64,000 bases of DNA from an uncultured delta proteobacterium (GTDB lineage: Bacteria; Myxococcota_A; Polyangia; Polyangiales; Polyangiaceae), in the NCBI GenBank assembly GCA_963850305.1, contig CAWKKR010000008.1:256001-320000 (forward strand), given 5' to 3'. Below the pieces are notes generated by a model. The model made no database searches. It was given only the letters and a program-made list of their open reading frames with translations, and was not told the DNA's origin. Of this stretch, positions 61,075 through 64,000 are shown piece by piece; positions within the stretch are counted from its first letter, which is position 1, and each line of letters begins with the position of its first letter. A program made the position numbers and the translations under genes.

Positions 61075-61152
61075 CGTTGTCATCCTGCATATTACAGGAT
61101 GACAACGTAATACATAATAGGACGAGGCTTCGCAAGCGATTTGTATTACAAA
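61075..61152. promoter_or_regulatory. Operator/promoter region of the ABC1 kinase gene
   Basis: 13-bp perfect IR CGTTGTCATCCTG-catatta-CAGGATGACAACG (61075-61107); CGTAATACAT (61106-61115); palindrome TTTGTA-T-TACAAA (61140-61152); minus strand TTGCGA-17 nt-TATTAC. Confidence 0.7.
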
Positions 61153-61162
61153 ACGATATGCG

Positions 61163-61693
61163 TCAGAGCTCCTCGAGGCAATCCGAGCACAGCCAGGCGG
61201 GCAAAGCCTTGGGATCCTGGGACATTCCAAGGTGCGCGATGACGCCGCGGGGAAGCTCGCGATCACAGCCGGCACACCGGGCCGCGCGGTTCACCACCAC
61301 CTGATTCCAGGCGAGCACGTGATCGAGGGCTGCAAGGCGAGTCGCTCGTGCGACGTCCTCGTGGGCGTCGCGCGCAGGCTCCCCCTCGGGCTCGGGTTCG
61401 TGCGCCGGCCGCACCGCTCTTCGCGCCGTGGACGCCAATCTGCCGGCGTCGCGCTTCACCTGTTCGGCGAGCTCGGCGGAGCCGTGGGCCAGCTCACCTG
61501 CACCGGAGACCACGGTGTCGACGAGCTGCAGCGTGTCCTCGAGCATGTTGCGGATCAGGTGCGATACCGTCAGCCGCCGCTTTTGCGCCTCTTCTTTGAG
61601 GACACTCTCCAGTCGCTCCGGAACCCGGGTCTGGATGAGGCGATCTTTGACGTCGCGATGTCGACTCCCTCGGCGGTGGCGGCTCGGTGGCAC
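61163..61693 (-). CDS. Ribbon-helix-helix regulator with amphipathic linker and C-terminal Cys4 zinc ribbon
   Basis: DRLIQTRVPERLESVLKEEAQKRRLTVSHLIRNML (beta-alpha-alpha RHH pattern); CAGC...CSDC. Confidence 0.8.
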   Translation of the reverse strand: MPPSRHRRGSRHRDVKDRLIQTRVPERLESVLKEEAQKRRLTVSHLIRNMLEDTLQLVDTVVSGAGELAHGSAELAEQVKRDAGRLASTARRAVRPAHEPEPEGEPARDAHEDVARATRLAALDHVLAWNQVVVNRAARCAGCDRELPRGVIAHLGMSQDPKALPAWLCSDCLEEL

Positions 61694-61729
61694 ATATTAC
61701 AGTATAGTACAATCAGTCGAGCCCCGCAA
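61693..61729 (-). promoter_or_regulatory. Sigma-70 promoter, probably leaderless, with operator copies
   Basis: Minus strand TTGCGG-17 nt-TATACT-7 nt-GTG start; contains TTGTACTATA and CTGTAATATG. Confidence 0.65.
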
Positions 61730-61741
61730 ATGTGCCCGGAT

Positions 61742-62494
61742 TCATTTGGGCCGTGCGAGCTCGCTCGCGACGGCGTCCGCGCGCCGCTTCGCGTCTGCGG
61801 GGTCACCCAGGTATCGGCCGGGAGCCGTCGGGCGAAGCCGGTCATCGAGTTGATAGACGAGGGGCACGCCCGTCGGGATGTTGAGCTGCACGATCTCCTC
61901 GTCGCCGATCCCTTCGAGGTGCTTCACGAGTGCGCGCAGGCTGTTGCCGTGCGCGACGATGAGGGTGCGATCGCCGCGATGCAGCGCGGGCGAGATATCG
62001 CTCTCCCAGTACGGCAGAAAACGATTCACGGTGTCCTTCAGGCACTCGGTGCGCGGGAGCTGCTCGGCGCTCAGCTTGCGGTACCGACGATCGTGACCGG
62101 GGAAATACTCACTCCCCGAGTCGAGCTCCGGCGGTCGAACGTCGTAGCTGCGCCGCCAGATCTTGACCTGCTCTTCGCCGTGGCGCGCCGCTGTCTCGGC
62201 CTTGTCGAGCCCCTGGAGTGCGCCGTACATCCGCTCGTTGATGCGCCAGCTCCTGTGAACCGGGATCCACATGAGATCGAGCTCTTCGAGCGTGAGCCAG
62301 AGGGTCTTGATGGCTCGCTTCAAGACGGACGTGAACGCGACGTCGAACTCGAACTGCTCGTTCTTCAAGAGCTGTCCGGCACGGCGTGCTTCTTCGATGC
62401 CGAGAGGGCTCAGCGGGACGTCGACCCAGCCCGTGAAGCGGTTTTCCTGGTTCCATTGGCTCTGGCCGTGACGCAGCAGCACCAGCGTTTTCAT
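61742..62494 (-). CDS. gpmA: 2,3-bisphosphoglycerate-dependent phosphoglycerate mutase
   Basis: [39 protein letters not shown]. Confidence 0.97.
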   Translation of the reverse strand: MKTLVLLRHGQSQWNQENRFTGWVDVPLSPLGIEEARRAGQLLKNEQFEFDVAFTSVLKRAIKTLWLTLEELDLMWIPVHRSWRINERMYGALQGLDKAETAARHGEEQVKIWRRSYDVRPPELDSGSEYFPGHDRRYRKLSAEQLPRTECLKDTVNRFLPYWESDISPALHRGDRTLIVAHGNSLRALVKHLEGIGDEEIVQLNIPTGVPLVYQLDDRLRPTAPGRYLGDPADAKRRADAVASELARPK

Positions 62495-62553
62495 GGGTGA
62501 GTCCTCCGGGACCCCCTCTTAACACGGAGACCCTGGCGTGGTGCGCGGCTCGG

Positions 62554-63387
62554 TCAGCGCACCGGTGCGTCGGCCCGAACGGGCCACGGCACTTCCATCG
62601 TTTCCTCGATGACGAAGCCGCGCCCGCCCAGGTTTTCGACCGAAACACGAACGTCGAGGTCCGAGTAGCGCCATTCCGCGTCGCGGCGCGCGTACCTCGG
62701 AAGCGGTGCGGGTTCTTCGTCGGCCGCGGGCACCGTGGCGACGCCGCTCTCCCGCTCCTGCGGTGCACCGAACCGCAACATGAGCGCGCCTCGCGTCCCT
62801 GCAAAATCCTTCCAGGCGTCATCCCACGCGGACAGGTTGCGCTGATACGAGACGTGCCGTAACGGCGCTTCTGCCGAGTCGAACACCATGAGCAAGCGAC
62901 CGCTCGACGGGCTACGAACCCGATCCGCGAGGTGCCTGGCGTCCGTGTCGCAACTCAATCGAACCTGCGGGTTATCGTCGCGGGCGGTGTGTCGTGTGAT
63001 GATCGACGCGCCGCTGACCGCGTCGGGCTTGCCGCTCGCCTCTGCGAGCCGAACCTGTTCACGCTTCCTGTCGCGCAACTCGCCCATGAGCGTGCGCATG
63101 CTCCGATCGGCGCACGTGACGCCCCACGCGCTCATCGCCGCGCGGGCCGCCGGAACGTGTGTCGTGCCCACGCGAACCCCTAGCAGCTCCGCGGACGGCG
63201 CGCGCGGCCCCGCCGGGGGTTCCACGAAGACCGGCGGCACGTACGCCGCCTCTCGATGCATTCGGTGCCGGTAATAAGCGCCGAGTGAAACCCCGGCGAC
63301 GAGCACCGTCCCGACGACGCCGGCGACCGCTCGCAGGAAGCGCGACCGCCGCACCCCCCCGTGTCCGTCGGACGCGATGCCCGTCAT
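62554..63387 (-). CDS. Hypothetical membrane-anchored protein
   Basis: Start ATG overlaps the globin stop (ATGA); RRSRFL + TM helix; two Cys. Confidence 0.7.
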   Translation of the reverse strand: MTGIASDGHGGVRRSRFLRAVAGVVGTVLVAGVSLGAYYRHRMHREAAYVPPVFVEPPAGPRAPSAELLGVRVGTTHVPAARAAMSAWGVTCADRSMRTLMGELRDRKREQVRLAEASGKPDAVSGASIITRHTARDDNPQVRLSCDTDARHLADRVRSPSSGRLLMVFDSAEAPLRHVSYQRNLSAWDDAWKDFAGTRGALMLRFGAPQERESGVATVPAADEEPAPLPRYARRDAEWRYSDLDVRVSVENLGGRGFVIEETMEVPWPVRADAPVR

Positions 63388-64000
63388 TGCGGGCAGTTCG
63401 CCGGATTCTTTTCGACGACCTGCGAACAGAGCGGCGCCAAGGCGCTCACGATGGAGTTGCGATCGGTCATCGACACGCCGTCCGCGTCCATGGACGAGAC
63501 GAGATCGCCCACGAGCGCATTGAAGTCGGCGACCGCGATCCCGAGGCCCGTATGCGCGGTCTTCATGTCGCGACACGGCTCGCTCAGACCCGCGTCCACG
63601 CTCAGAATCTCGTTGCCGTACTGGCACGGCCCGCCCGTCGCCTGACACACCTGACGCACGAGGCACGCGGCGAGCCGCTGCAGGTCCGCGGTCGCGAAGA
63701 AGCTGTTGATGGTCGTGTCCTTCGCGACATTGGCGTGGAAATCCGTCACGACCTGGTCGATGGCCGGCTTCCGCCCGATGCGCTGGTAGATGGTCGCGTC
63801 GTTGGTCGGATCCTCGACGATGTCCGTCGACATCGGGCCGAGGACGCCCAGGATGGTGTCGATGTCGGCTTGCTTGACGTTGGCCGCGACGAGGGCGGCC
63901 GTCAGGTCGTTGACGAGGTCGTCGAAGTCTTGTTTCGAGATCCCGAGCCCGGAATGAGCGTCCTTCATCGAACGGCAGGTGTAGGGATCCGGTCCGCCCG
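63384..64000 (-). CDS. Tandem group I truncated haemoglobin (5' truncated by window edge)
   Basis: GGPDPYTCRSMKDAHSGLGIS..DF, then a full second domain TIYQRIG...INSFF...GGPCQY...DMKTAHTGLGI..DF. Confidence 0.88.
   Translation of the reverse strand, partial: GGPDPYTCRSMKDAHSGLGISKQDFDDLVNDLTAALVAANVKQADIDTILGVLGPMSTDIVEDPTNDATIYQRIGRKPAIDQVVTDFHANVAKDTTINSFFATADLQRLAACLVRQVCQATGGPCQYGNEILSVDAGLSEPCRDMKTAHTGLGIAVADFNALVGDLVSSMDADGVSMTDRNSIVSALAPLCSQVVEKNPANCPQ

Overview
High-GC chromosomal DNA whose gene content points to Myxococcota, probably Polyangia/Sorangium-like. This is inferred from the Gly/Cys-rich lipoproteins, many stand-alone receivers, an MshEN-HD-GYP-DUF4388 protein and sigma-54 promoters. 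The window holds about 60 CDSs and one tRNA-Cys. I saw no CRISPR array, integrase or transposase. Housekeeping genes: purB, rnj, a cyclophilin, a thiolase, htpG, pcm, argJ, rplM-rpsI, uvrB and gpmA. There is a trehalose locus with two convergent GH15 hydrolases, a membrane-anchored OtsA and OtsB. A decayed surface-polysaccharide remnant contains rgpF-like, a flippase/acetyltransferase deletion junction and a possible methyltransferase relic. At least 12 apparent single-base indels break conserved genes, which most likely reflects long-read assembly error. Best candidate for an undescribed system (59.1-61.7 kb): an apparently leaderless ribbon-helix-helix regulator with an amphipathic linker and Zn ribbon, followed by an ABC1/UbiB kinase and an apolipoprotein/phasin-like protein. 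A repeated TGTA-N-TA(C/T) operator sits in both promoters, and the unit may sense lipid bodies. Other candidates: the sensor-fused OtsA, a Cys-rich tandem truncated globin, a His-less kinase-like membrane protein paired with a receiver, and a DTW/exonuclease-like fusion. All family calls come from motif recognition by eye; no searches were run.
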